Source of the DNA: an uncultured Actinomycetes bacterium
GTDB taxonomy: Bacteria; Actinomycetota; Thermoleophilia; Solirubrobacterales; Solirubrobacteraceae
Direction: 5' to 3'
NCBI GenBank assembly: GCA_963825485.1
Contig: CAWGTK010000003.1
Span: 1,429 to 65,428 of the forward strand
Length of the DNA: 64,000 bases
This document shows positions 17,017 to 25,430 of this stretch, piece after piece. How positions within the stretch are numbered: position 1 is the first letter of the stretch; the number at the start of each line of letters is the position of its first letter. The position numbers were made by a program, and so were the translations under genes. The notes beneath the pieces are model-generated. The model saw only the letters and a list, made by a program, of their open reading frames with translations. It was not told where the DNA came from and did not search any database.

Positions 17017-19596
17017 TCACGTCGCGGTGGGGATCCTCACGCGATCGGCGATCAGCGGTCGCAGTCGCTTGCCGGGCCAGCCGCTGCGGTAGCCGACGAG
17101 CGCGATGATCGCCGGGACGAGCACGGTGCGGACGAGGAAGGCATCGATCAGCAGGCCGGCGGCCATCACGAACGCCAGCTCGCGAAACGCGGCGATCGGC
17201 ACGAGCGCCATCGCCCCGAAGGACAGCGCGAGCACGATGCCGGCGGCGGAGATCGCGCGCGCCGCGCCTGCGCCAGCAGCGATGATCGCCTCGTTGAGCG
17301 GCCGGCGGCGTGCCTCGTCCCAGACGCGGCCGACCAGGAAGATGTTGTAGTCCGAGCCCAGCGCCACGAGCAGCACGCCGGCCGCGACGGGCACGTAGTA
17401 CGTGACCTCGTCCTGGCCGAGGATTCCGCGGAAGAACGCGACGGTGAGCCCGAGCGCGGCGAGCGGGCCGAGCGTCGCGGCGGCGACGAGGTAAAGCGGC
17501 GCGACGAGCCCGCGCAGGAAGATCACGAGCACGAGCAGCACGGCGAGCAGGACCGCGGGAATCACCCGCAGCAGATCGTCGGTGGTGCCGTCGATCGTCT
17601 CCTGAGACAGCGCGGTGTCCCCCGCGAAGCTCGCCTGCGCGCGAGGCAGCCCGGCGCGCGCCAGCAGCCCGGGCGCTGCGCGCTGCAGTCGCCGGATGCG
17701 TTCCACCGCGCCAGCTCCGAGCGGGTCGGCCTTCAGCGCGATCACGTAGCGCGCGGCGTCCCCGTTGCGCGCGAGGACCGCCCCCAGCGTCAGGCGCGTG
17801 GGATTCGACGCCGGGCCGACGACCTGCGCGACGCCTGGCTGGGCGCCGAGCAGGCTCTGCAGCCGCGCGAGGCTGGCTCGGCGTGACGTGATCGCGGGCT
17901 GCTCGACGACCAGGACCGTCGGCGACAGGATGCCCGGGACGAACCCGCGGCTGGCCTCGACGTACGCCACCCGCGCGTTGCTGTCGGCCGGCAGGCCGCG
18001 GATCAGCGGATTGCCGAGATCAAGCCAACCGAGCCCGCAGCCCATCGCCGCCAGCACGACCACGCACCCGGCGATCGTCCGGCGCGGTGCGCGGACCGCC
18101 GTCGCGACGACGCGGTGCGCGACCCCGGGCCGCGTCCGATCTCGCGCCCCCCGGCTCGCCGGGCTGGGCACATGGGGCCAGAACAACCACCGGCCCAGCA
18201 AGGCCAGGGTCGCCGGGATGAACGTCATCGAGACCGCGAGGGCCACGAGGATCGCCATCGCCATCCCGGGCCCGAACGCGCGCAGGAAGCCGAGGTCTGC
18301 GACGGCCAGCGCGGCACACGCGGCCGCGACCGCCAGCCCGCAGGTCAGGATGATCGGCGTCAGCTCGGCCGTCGTGCGGCGCGCCGCCGCGGCCGGCGCG
18401 TCACCCGCCTCTAGCCGACGGCGAAAGCGCGACAAGAAGAAGAGCGAGTAGTCGGTCACGACGCCGAACAGCAGCGCGACGACGATCGGCTGCACCTCGC
18501 TGGGCACCGACACGCCGACGAGCTTGCCGAGCGTCGCGACGAGCCTGATCGAGATCAGATACGCCAGCGCGACCGTCGTGAGGTTGACCAGTGGAGCCAG
18601 CAGCGCACGGCAGTACAGGCCAACGGCACCGAGCACGAGCAGCAACGTCGCGATCTCCACGAGCGGCAGGTGCGAGGCGATCACGTCCGCCTGCTGAGCG
18701 CGCGCCGCGATCGCCCCGGTGACACCCACGAACGCATCCGGTGCGCCCGGCGCCACATGTACGTCGGCGAAGCGCCGCGCCGCGCCGATCCGCCCGTTCT
18801 GCCCGATGCTCGGCGCAAACAGCAGCGGCAACACCATCGTCGTCGAACGCTCGCGCACGAGCGGCGCGACGCCGATCGCGTTGGAGAGCACGTAGCCGCG
18901 CGTCTCGCGCAACTGGGGCAGATCGCCCTGGTCGAGCGCGACGACGCTGCGCGCGACGTAGGCCTGCTGAGGCAGCGACAGGCCGTCCGCGTCGCGGGCG
19001 ACGACGATCGTGCGACTCAGCAGCGGGAAGCTGAACAGCGCAGCGGAGCGCTCCTCGGTCGTGATCGCCCTTGCGCCGGCGGGCACGAGATCGCCGAGCG
19101 CTCCCACCTGCGCCTCGCGGATCGACGGCAGCCCCAGCGTGACCGCCAGCGCGAGCGCGATCCACCCGACCACCACCACGAACCGGCCGCGGACGACGAG
19201 CGCCGCGAAGCGATCCGCCAGCCCGCCAGGAGCGCCCGCCGCGCGCGACAACCGCCGATCTTCGCCGCCGCTCGCTGCCGCCGGTGCGTCCGCGGCGACG
19301 AGCTCGCGCAGCATGGCGACGACGTCGGTCCGCGCGGCCCGGCCGCCAGCGCCCGCGGCCGCCGCCAGCCTCGCCAGCAGCGCCCGACGCCGGCGCCGCA
19401 CCCGTCGCACCGGCATGCCCGCAGCCGTCGCGATCTCGTCGTCGTCCAGACCGTGACGGAGCGCGAGCTCGAGCAGCGCGCGATCGGCGGGGTCCAACCG
19501 TCGGAACTCCGCGTCCAGCGCGGGGGCCGCGACCATCGTCGGGACACTACGGTTTCCGCCCAGCCGCCGCGCGCCCGACTTCGAGCAGCGGCGCAT
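17017..19596 (-). CDS. MMPL/RND-superfamily transporter with an in-frame N-terminal sigma-70 region-4/LuxR-like HTH
   Basis: HTH-like LDPADRALLELALRHGLDDDEIATAAGMPVRRVRRRRRALLARL. MMPL body from LADRFAALVVRGRFVVVVGWIALALAV. Start uncertain (19596, 19536 or 19314). Confidence 0.8.
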   Translation of the reverse strand: MRRCSKSGARRLGGNRSVPTMVAAPALDAEFRRLDPADRALLELALRHGLDDDEIATAAGMPVRRVRRRRRALLARLAAAAGAGGRAARTDVVAMLRELVAADAPAAASGGEDRRLSRAAGAPGGLADRFAALVVRGRFVVVVGWIALALAVTLGLPSIREAQVGALGDLVPAGARAITTEERSAALFSFPLLSRTIVVARDADGLSLPQQAYVARSVVALDQGDLPQLRETRGYVLSNAIGVAPLVRERSTTMVLPLLFAPSIGQNGRIGAARRFADVHVAPGAPDAFVGVTGAIAARAQQADVIASHLPLVEIATLLLVLGAVGLYCRALLAPLVNLTTVALAYLISIRLVATLGKLVGVSVPSEVQPIVVALLFGVVTDYSLFFLSRFRRRLEAGDAPAAAARRTTAELTPIILTCGLAVAAACAALAVADLGFLRAFGPGMAMAILVALAVSMTFIPATLALLGRWLFWPHVPSPASRGARDRTRPGVAHRVVATAVRAPRRTIAGCVVVLAAMGCGLGWLDLGNPLIRGLPADSNARVAYVEASRGFVPGILSPTVLVVEQPAITSRRASLARLQSLLGAQPGVAQVVGPASNPTRLTLGAVLARNGDAARYVIALKADPLGAGAVERIRRLQRAAPGLLARAGLPRAQASFAGDTALSQETIDGTTDDLLRVIPAVLLAVLLVLVIFLRGLVAPLYLVAAATLGPLAALGLTVAFFRGILGQDEVTYYVPVAAGVLLVALGSDYNIFLVGRVWDEARRRPLNEAIIAAGAGAARAISAAGIVLALSFGAMALVPIAAFRELAFVMAAGLLIDAFLVRTVLVPAIIALVGYRSGWPGKRLRPLIADRVRIPTAT

Positions 19597-19836
19597 GCGG
19601 TTTCAAGCGGCCAGGGACGCCCACCGCGAGGTCGAGTACCCGCGGTCGATCTCGTCCAGGTCGCGCCGGGTACGGGAGCGGGCTCGGCGCGCCGGATCCG
19701 ACTCGAGGCGGGGCCGGTGTCCGCCGGTGACACACTCGCCCCGTCGGCCGAGGCGCCCGACGCGATCCTGACCGCCCCGTGACGCCGGCGCCGTGTCGGC
19801 GAGGGCGGCAATGGCCGGCGCGCGAGCAGCGCGTGG

Positions 19837-20421
19837 TCAAACGCCGGCGGCGCGCGGTGCCGCGACAGCCACCTTCAGCCGGCTGATCATCCGATCCAGC
19901 CGCCGTGAGACGTCGGCCGGCTCGGTCCCGAGCGCAGAGGCCATCTCGCCGATCGGGGTGTCGTCGAGGCGCATGCCGAGGATCGGAAGATCATCCGCGT
20001 CCAGCTGTCGGGCGGCCGCATCGAGCAGCTCGCGCGACGTCGCCGGAAGGACGCGTTCGCCGCGCGCGACACGGCGGATCGCGTCGTACAGCTCGCTGGC
20101 CGGCACCGACTTGTTGACGAGACCGTCGACGCCGGCGAGGCGTGCTGGGATCGTCAGCGCGGCGTCGGCGTACGCCGAGTACAACAGCACGGCCGGCGCC
20201 GGCACCTCGCGCTTGATGCGCCGGCAGACGACAAGACCGTCATCGCCGGGCATGTGGTAGTCCAGCACGACGACATCCGGCCGTGTGCTGTGCAGGGCGG
20301 GCCACAGATCCTGCACCGACGAGGCCGAGTCCAGCGGGACGAGGTCGTGCTCGGCCCGCAGCACCGCTACGAGGCCCGCGCGCATGGCCGGGTGATCGTC
20401 GACGACCAGGATGCGGATCAT
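19837..20421 (-). CDS. Response regulator, REC plus divergent LuxR/sigma-r4-type HTH
   Basis: MIRILVVDDHPAMRAGL..VVVLDYHMPGDDG. The ATG at 20421 overlaps the kinase stop (ATGA). Confidence 0.85.
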   Translation of the reverse strand: MIRILVVDDHPAMRAGLVAVLRAEHDLVPLDSASSVQDLWPALHSTRPDVVVLDYHMPGDDGLVVCRRIKREVPAPAVLLYSAYADAALTIPARLAGVDGLVNKSVPASELYDAIRRVARGERVLPATSRELLDAAARQLDADDLPILGMRLDDTPIGEMASALGTEPADVSRRLDRMISRLKVAVAAPRAAGV

Positions 20422-21551
20422 GGCGTATGGCTCCATTCGTCGGACTGGGTCGGGACCGTCAGCTGCACGTGCGTGCCATGGCCGTCGGGACGCGCTCCGA
20501 TCGTCAGCGTGGCACCGATCGTCTCGGCGCGAGCGCGCATCGAGCGTATCCCGTTCGAGCCGGGGCGGCGGACGACGGGCATGCCGCGCCCGTCATCTGC
20601 GACGACGATCGTCGCGCAAGTCGCGGTGCGCGACAACGACACGTCGATCCGTCGCGCGGCGCCGTGGCGGACCGCGTTCGTCAGGGCTTCAGCGCCGATC
20701 CGGTAGGCGTGCGCCGCGATGTGGGCCGGCAGCTCTCCGACCGTGCCGTGCACCGTGATCTCGGCGTCGCTCGCCGGGGTGAGCTCGGTCGCGCGTTCGC
20801 GGAGCATGCGTTCCACCGGGCGTCCCTCCAGCGGCGTCCGCAGCTCGGCAACGCTCGTGTCCATGTCGCCGCCCGCTGCGCGCAGCTCGCGGAGTGCGTG
20901 GCCGGCGAGCTCGGCCTGCGGACCGCCGAGCTGGCCGGCGAGCGCGCTCAGGACAAGATGCGCCGCGTGCACGCGCTGCTTGGCGGAGTCGTGCAACTCC
21001 CAGGCGATCCGCTGGCGCTCGCTTTCGACCGCGAGCCGCTCCGAGCGCAGCCGCTCGCTGCGCAGGCGTTCGAGGATCTCCGCCGCGTACGCGAGCGCGA
21101 GCACTACTACGACGGGAACCATCAGGTGCGTCGCGATCGTCTCCAGGCGGATCGTGCTCCCGAGCGTGTTGGCATCGAGCTCGGTGTAGACGGCGACGCC
21201 GAAGTAGGCGAGCGTGAAGCCGGCGCCCCACGCGATCGCCTTGCGGTAAGACAGCCCCGTGGACGGCAGGATCAGTGCCGTCAGCATGAGCACGTAGAAC
21301 GGACTGCGCCAGTCCTCCGACGCCGCGACGAGCGCCAGCACGGCGACGCTGTCGATCAGCCAGACCGCGGGCGCGAGCGCGAGCCGCGGAACGGCAGATA
21401 CGGCGCCAAGCGAGAGGGCGGCATAGGCGACGACGGCTACCGTCAGCTCACCGTCGTGCGCGGTCACCCGATGGACGACGAGCAGGAGCACCGCGACGGC
21501 CGCGGCGAGCAGCCGCGTCGTCAGCAGCAGCGTGATCCAGCGCGACGTCAC
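20418..21551 (-). CDS. Membrane sensor histidine kinase (HisKA_3/NarX-like)
   Basis: H-box RIAWELHDSAKQRV and HATPase ADDGRGMP. The GTG at 21551 overlaps the upstream TGA. ERLRS tandem repeat before the H-box. Confidence 0.85.
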   Translation of the reverse strand: MTSRWITLLLTTRLLAAAVAVLLLVVHRVTAHDGELTVAVVAYAALSLGAVSAVPRLALAPAVWLIDSVAVLALVAASEDWRSPFYVLMLTALILPSTGLSYRKAIAWGAGFTLAYFGVAVYTELDANTLGSTIRLETIATHLMVPVVVVLALAYAAEILERLRSERLRSERLAVESERQRIAWELHDSAKQRVHAAHLVLSALAGQLGGPQAELAGHALRELRAAGGDMDTSVAELRTPLEGRPVERMLRERATELTPASDAEITVHGTVGELPAHIAAHAYRIGAEALTNAVRHGAARRIDVSLSRTATCATIVVADDGRGMPVVRRPGSNGIRSMRARAETIGATLTIGARPDGHGTHVQLTVPTQSDEWSHTP

Positions 21552-22014
21552 GTCCGGTCGGCGAGGCGCCTGGCGGGAGCCCGGAAGGACTCCTCGCGCG
21601 TTGCGACACCCGTGAGCTCGGTGTGGTGGACGATCGGGATGATCAGCACGCGGTGATGCAGGAAGATCTCGGCGAGCCGGGTGTCTGAGAAGTCCTCGCC
21701 GACGTCGATGTGGTCGGTGTTCGTGTGGTTGCCGACCGGCTCGTCGGCGCCGGTCGCACGCTTCTGAAGCGCCTCGTCGAGCGAGCGTGCAACGAAGCCC
21801 GCGTAGCCTAGCGTCGTGAGGCAACCGGGAAACAGAGCGCCGATGAACTCGCGCTCCCCGAAGTTGCCGAGCGGCTGGCCGCCGGCATCGAGGACCGCCG
21901 GCGCGGGTACCTCGGCCTCGATCATCGCCGCGACCGCCTCGCTCAGCGGCCCGTCATGGCGCAGCAGCGGGACTTCGCGGCGGATGGTGCTGCTAGCCGT
22001 CCAGCGACGCGTCA
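21548..22014 (-). CDS. CBS-domain protein; start unresolved (only a CTG overlapping the regulator stop precedes the first CBS strand)
   Basis: STIRREVPLLRHDGPLSEAVAAMIEAEVPAPAVLDAGGQPLGNFGEREFIGAL ... HHRVLIIPIVHHTELTGVATRE. The first canonical in-frame start (ATG at MIEAEV) would truncate the domain. Confidence 0.6.
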
Positions 22015-22650
22015 GGGCTCGACGAGTCCGCGGCGGATCGCGTATTTGGTGAGGGCTACGCGGTCGCGCAGTCCCAGCTTTTCCAGGATGTTGCTGCGGT
22101 GGCGCTCGACGGTCTTGTCGCTGATGTGCAGCACGGTGGCGATCTCGCGACTCGTGAGGCCTTCGGCGACGAGCTTGAGAACCTCCGACTCGCGGCCGGA
22201 CAGCGGATCTTCCGGCATCTCGCCCGGACCGCGCTCGAGGTAGTCGCGCACGAGCGCCGCGACCCCCTTCGGATAGAGAAACGGCTCGCCGCGCATCGCC
22301 GACCGGCATGCGCGGATGAGGTCCTCGTGCGCAGCGGACTTGAGGATGTAGCCAGACGCGCCGGCGCGCAGCGCCTCGAAGAAGAACTGCTCGTTGTCAT
22401 GCATCGAGACGATCAGCACGCGCAGATCGGGTCGCTGCGCGGTCAGCTGGCGGGCGGCCTGGATCCCCGTCAGGCGTGGCATCGCGACGTCGAGCAACGC
22501 CAGGTCGATGGGCTGACCGAGCGCTGACGCGACCGCCTCCTGACCATCGCTCGCCTCGGCCACGACCTCGAAGTCCGGCTCGGCGTCGAGGATCATCCGC
22601 AGGCCGTGGCGCACGAGCGCATGGTCGTCAGCGAGCAGAACGCGTGTCAT
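22012..22650 (-). CDS. NarL/FixJ-family response regulator
   Basis: MTRVLLADDHALVRHGL..LALLDVAMPRLTG; LuxR HTH LSGRESEVLKLVAEGLTSREIATVLHISDKTVERH. Confidence 0.92.
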   Translation of the reverse strand: MTRVLLADDHALVRHGLRMILDAEPDFEVVAEASDGQEAVASALGQPIDLALLDVAMPRLTGIQAARQLTAQRPDLRVLIVSMHDNEQFFFEALRAGASGYILKSAAHEDLIRACRSAMRGEPFLYPKGVAALVRDYLERGPGEMPEDPLSGRESEVLKLVAEGLTSREIATVLHISDKTVERHRSNILEKLGLRDRVALTKYAIRRGLVEP

Positions 22651-22788
22651 CGATCGGCCCACGGTCGAGCGCGGCGGCTGCATGGCGTTGCGCATGGCCC
22701 CTGACGGTACGCGGGCCCGGGACTCGTCGCGACGCGTACGTCGTCGCGCCGGGCCCCGGACGCCGGGACCGCCGCTGGCGGCACGTCG

Positions 22789-23736
22789 TCAGCGCCCTGC
22801 CGGCAGGCCCAGGGTCACCCGCGTCCCCCGGCAATCGCGGCGCGCCTCGATGCGCAGCTCGGCGCCGATCGAGAGCGCACGCTCACGCATGCCGAGGATC
22901 CCGCCCTGGCGCTCGCCGTTGGCCACATAGCCGATGCCGTCGTCGCAGACGACCAGCTCGACACCATCGTGGTCGCGGCGCAATTGCATCTCGATGCGGG
23001 TCGGGGACGCGTGGCGCACCGCGTTGGTGAGGCTCTCCTGGGCGATGCGGTAGATCACGACCGCGCCGTCGTCGGTGATCGTCGGCAGGTCGCGCTCGAG
23101 CCGCCGGACGATCTTGATGTCGGTGTGTTGGGTCATGCGCTCCGACAGGTTCGTCAATGCCGCGACGAGCCCGAGCGTGTCGAGCGCCTCGGGGCGCAGC
23201 TCGCGGGCGATCCGGCGCACGTCGTCGACGCAGCCGAGGATGCCGTCGCGGACGTCGCGGATCTCGTCCTCGAGGTCCGCCGGCGAGCGCCCGAGGAGGC
23301 GGTCGACGTGCAGCCCGAGGGCGGTCAGGGTCTGCCCGACCTGGTCGTGCAGCTCGGCGGCCACCCGGCGGCGCTCTCCCTCGCGCTCGGAGAGCGCGCG
23401 CATGCCGGATTCGCGGCGCTCGGTCTCCAGGCGGTCGAGCATGTCGTTGAAGGCGTCCGTCAGGACCGTGAGCTCTGACTGCGCGCGCGGGCCGGGCAGG
23501 CGCTGGCCCGGGTGCAGCGGGTCGACCTCGCCCATCAGCTCGGTCAGCCGGACGAGCGGCGTCGTCGCGCGGCGGATGAGCACGACGTTGGCGGCGACCA
23601 TGATGGCGAATCCCCCGGCGAGGGCGGGGATGCGCCCGTTGGCCGGCTCGATGATGAGGACCAGGCACGCTACGCAGAGCACCGTGACGTTGGGCACGAG
23701 CAGGCGCCAGAACAGGGAGACGTAGCGACCTCGCAT
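22789..23736 (-). CDS. Sensor histidine kinase (HisKA_3)
   Basis: Two N-terminal TM helices, H-box RVAAELHDQVGQTL, HATPase VCDDGIGY..GILGMRERA. Confidence 0.9.
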   Translation of the reverse strand: MRGRYVSLFWRLLVPNVTVLCVACLVLIIEPANGRIPALAGGFAIMVAANVVLIRRATTPLVRLTELMGEVDPLHPGQRLPGPRAQSELTVLTDAFNDMLDRLETERRESGMRALSEREGERRRVAAELHDQVGQTLTALGLHVDRLLGRSPADLEDEIRDVRDGILGCVDDVRRIARELRPEALDTLGLVAALTNLSERMTQHTDIKIVRRLERDLPTITDDGAVVIYRIAQESLTNAVRHASPTRIEMQLRRDHDGVELVVCDDGIGYVANGERQGGILGMRERALSIGAELRIEARRDCRGTRVTLGLPAGR

Positions 23737-23827
23737 GGACGCGTACCTACCCGGCCCGGTAGCGGGCGGTCATCGGGATGACGGCGGGCGTGTGGCGCGC
23801 AGCGCGAGCGGAGAGTCCGACGAGGAG

Positions 23828-24397
23828 ATGAGGCACGCAGACGTCGTCGGGAGCAGCGGCCGCGGCGGGCGCCTGGGGGGCCCGTTGGCGTACCTCGCCG
23901 GCTGGCTGGCGGCCGGCCTCGTCGTGGCCGCGCTGGCGATCACGCTGCTGGGACACTGGGAACAGCCTGCCCGGCACACCATCGCCGTACCGCCGATCCG
24001 CGAGATCGCGCTCCCGTCGGCGGCTCGCAAGGCCGGCTGCGACCTCGACGCGCGCCGGCCGCTGCAACGCAGAGCCGTCGCCCACCTGCCGCAACCGAGC
24101 GGGACGATCTACCGCCGGCCCGTGAGCCGCGATCTGCGCGAGCGGGCCGTGCGCCGCGGGCTGATCGTGATCGAGTACGGCGCCGGCGGGACGGACGCCT
24201 CGCTGGACACGCTCGAGGCCCTGCAGCGGACCGCCCCCGCGGGCACGATCCTCGCGCCGAGCGGATCGGCGCAGCGCGACGAGCTGACGGCGACATCCTT
24301 CCGGCGCCGGCTGCGGTGCGCCCGGATACGGCCTGCGACGTATGACGCGCTGCTGCTCTTCCGCGGGCGGTACCTCGGTTCCGTGCCCCCGTCGTAG
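23828..24397 (+). CDS. Membrane-anchored DUF3105-like protein
   Basis: TM helix LAYLAGWLAAGLVVAALAITLL; PQPSGTIYRRPVSRDLRERAVRRGLIVIEYGAG. Start uncertain (track start 23735). Confidence 0.5.
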   Translation: MRHADVVGSSGRGGRLGGPLAYLAGWLAAGLVVAALAITLLGHWEQPARHTIAVPPIREIALPSAARKAGCDLDARRPLQRRAVAHLPQPSGTIYRRPVSRDLRERAVRRGLIVIEYGAGGTDASLDTLEALQRTAPAGTILAPSGSAQRDELTATSFRRRLRCARIRPATYDALLLFRGRYLGSVPPS

Positions 24398-24476
24398 CCC
24401 GATTGGGTGTCTCGCGCCGGTCCAGATGGTGGCGGACCCCCACTTCGGGGGCCGCGTCGCCGGGCAGGAGCAGGAG

Positions 24477-25301
24477 ATGCAGACTCCGAGCAACGATCTC
24501 GTCCGCGTCTTCGACGTCGACCCCGATCTGCTGGCCGGGATCGACGAGCCCACGGCCGGGCATCTGCGCGCGCGCATGGCGGCACGGAGGGTTTGGGTCG
24601 AGCGCGGACCGTGGCACCCCACGATCGGCGCCGCCGAGCAGAACCGGCATCTCGGGTTGCTCGTGCTCGACGGGCTGCTCGTGCGCACGCTGCGGCTGGT
24701 GGGTCGCGAGTGCTCGGAGGTCGTCGGGCCCGGCGACCTCATACGACCCTGGGACGGCGACGACCTCGGCGGATCGGTGCATTGCGTGAGCGAGTGGCGC
24801 GCGCTGCAGCCGGCGATGCTCGCGTCGCTCGACGGACACTTCGCCGCACGCATAGCGCGCTGGCCGGCGATCACGTCGGCCCTGCTGGCGCGCAGCACCC
24901 GGCGCTCCCGCGCGCTGGTCTATCAGGCGACGATCGCGCATGTGCGCCGCGCCGAGACGCGACTGCTGCTCGCACTCTGGCAGCTCGCCGATCGGTGGGG
25001 ACGGGTGACCCCGCGCGGCGTCGTCGTCCCGGTACCGCTGACGCACCAGCTGCTCGCGCAGATGACCTGCCTGCGGCGACCGACGGTGAGCGCCGGCCTC
25101 GGCCAGCTCGCGCACGCCGGCGAGGTCACGGCGCTGCCGGACGGCGGCTGGCTGCTGCACGGTGCGCCGCCCGGAGTGGCCGGCGTGGACGAGCAGGGCC
25201 TCGGATGCGAGCAGCGCCTGCGGCAGGCGACCTGCCCGAGTGTGACGATCGCGTCGTCCCGCCTGCCCGATCGCAGCTCCGCGATCGGTGCCGCCGCCTG
25301 A
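24477..25301 (+). CDS. Crp/Fnr-family transcription regulator
   Basis: GGAGCAGGAG SD before ATG 24477. cNMP-like GDLIRPWDG. HTH THQLLAQMTCLRRPTVSAGLGQLAHAG. Confidence 0.8.
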   Translation: MQTPSNDLVRVFDVDPDLLAGIDEPTAGHLRARMAARRVWVERGPWHPTIGAAEQNRHLGLLVLDGLLVRTLRLVGRECSEVVGPGDLIRPWDGDDLGGSVHCVSEWRALQPAMLASLDGHFAARIARWPAITSALLARSTRRSRALVYQATIAHVRRAETRLLLALWQLADRWGRVTPRGVVVPVPLTHQLLAQMTCLRRPTVSAGLGQLAHAGEVTALPDGGWLLHGAPPGVAGVDEQGLGCEQRLRQATCPSVTIASSRLPDRSSAIGAAA

Positions 25302-25430
25302 CGCAGCCGTTGTCACGCCGCTGACGGCCGGGCCGCCGATCGCGAGCGTCCGGTGTTCGGACCCGTGCGCGCCGGACGACCGGCGCGCCGGACCTGAGGA
25401 GACCATGATGACGCCAGGAATCGCACGCGA

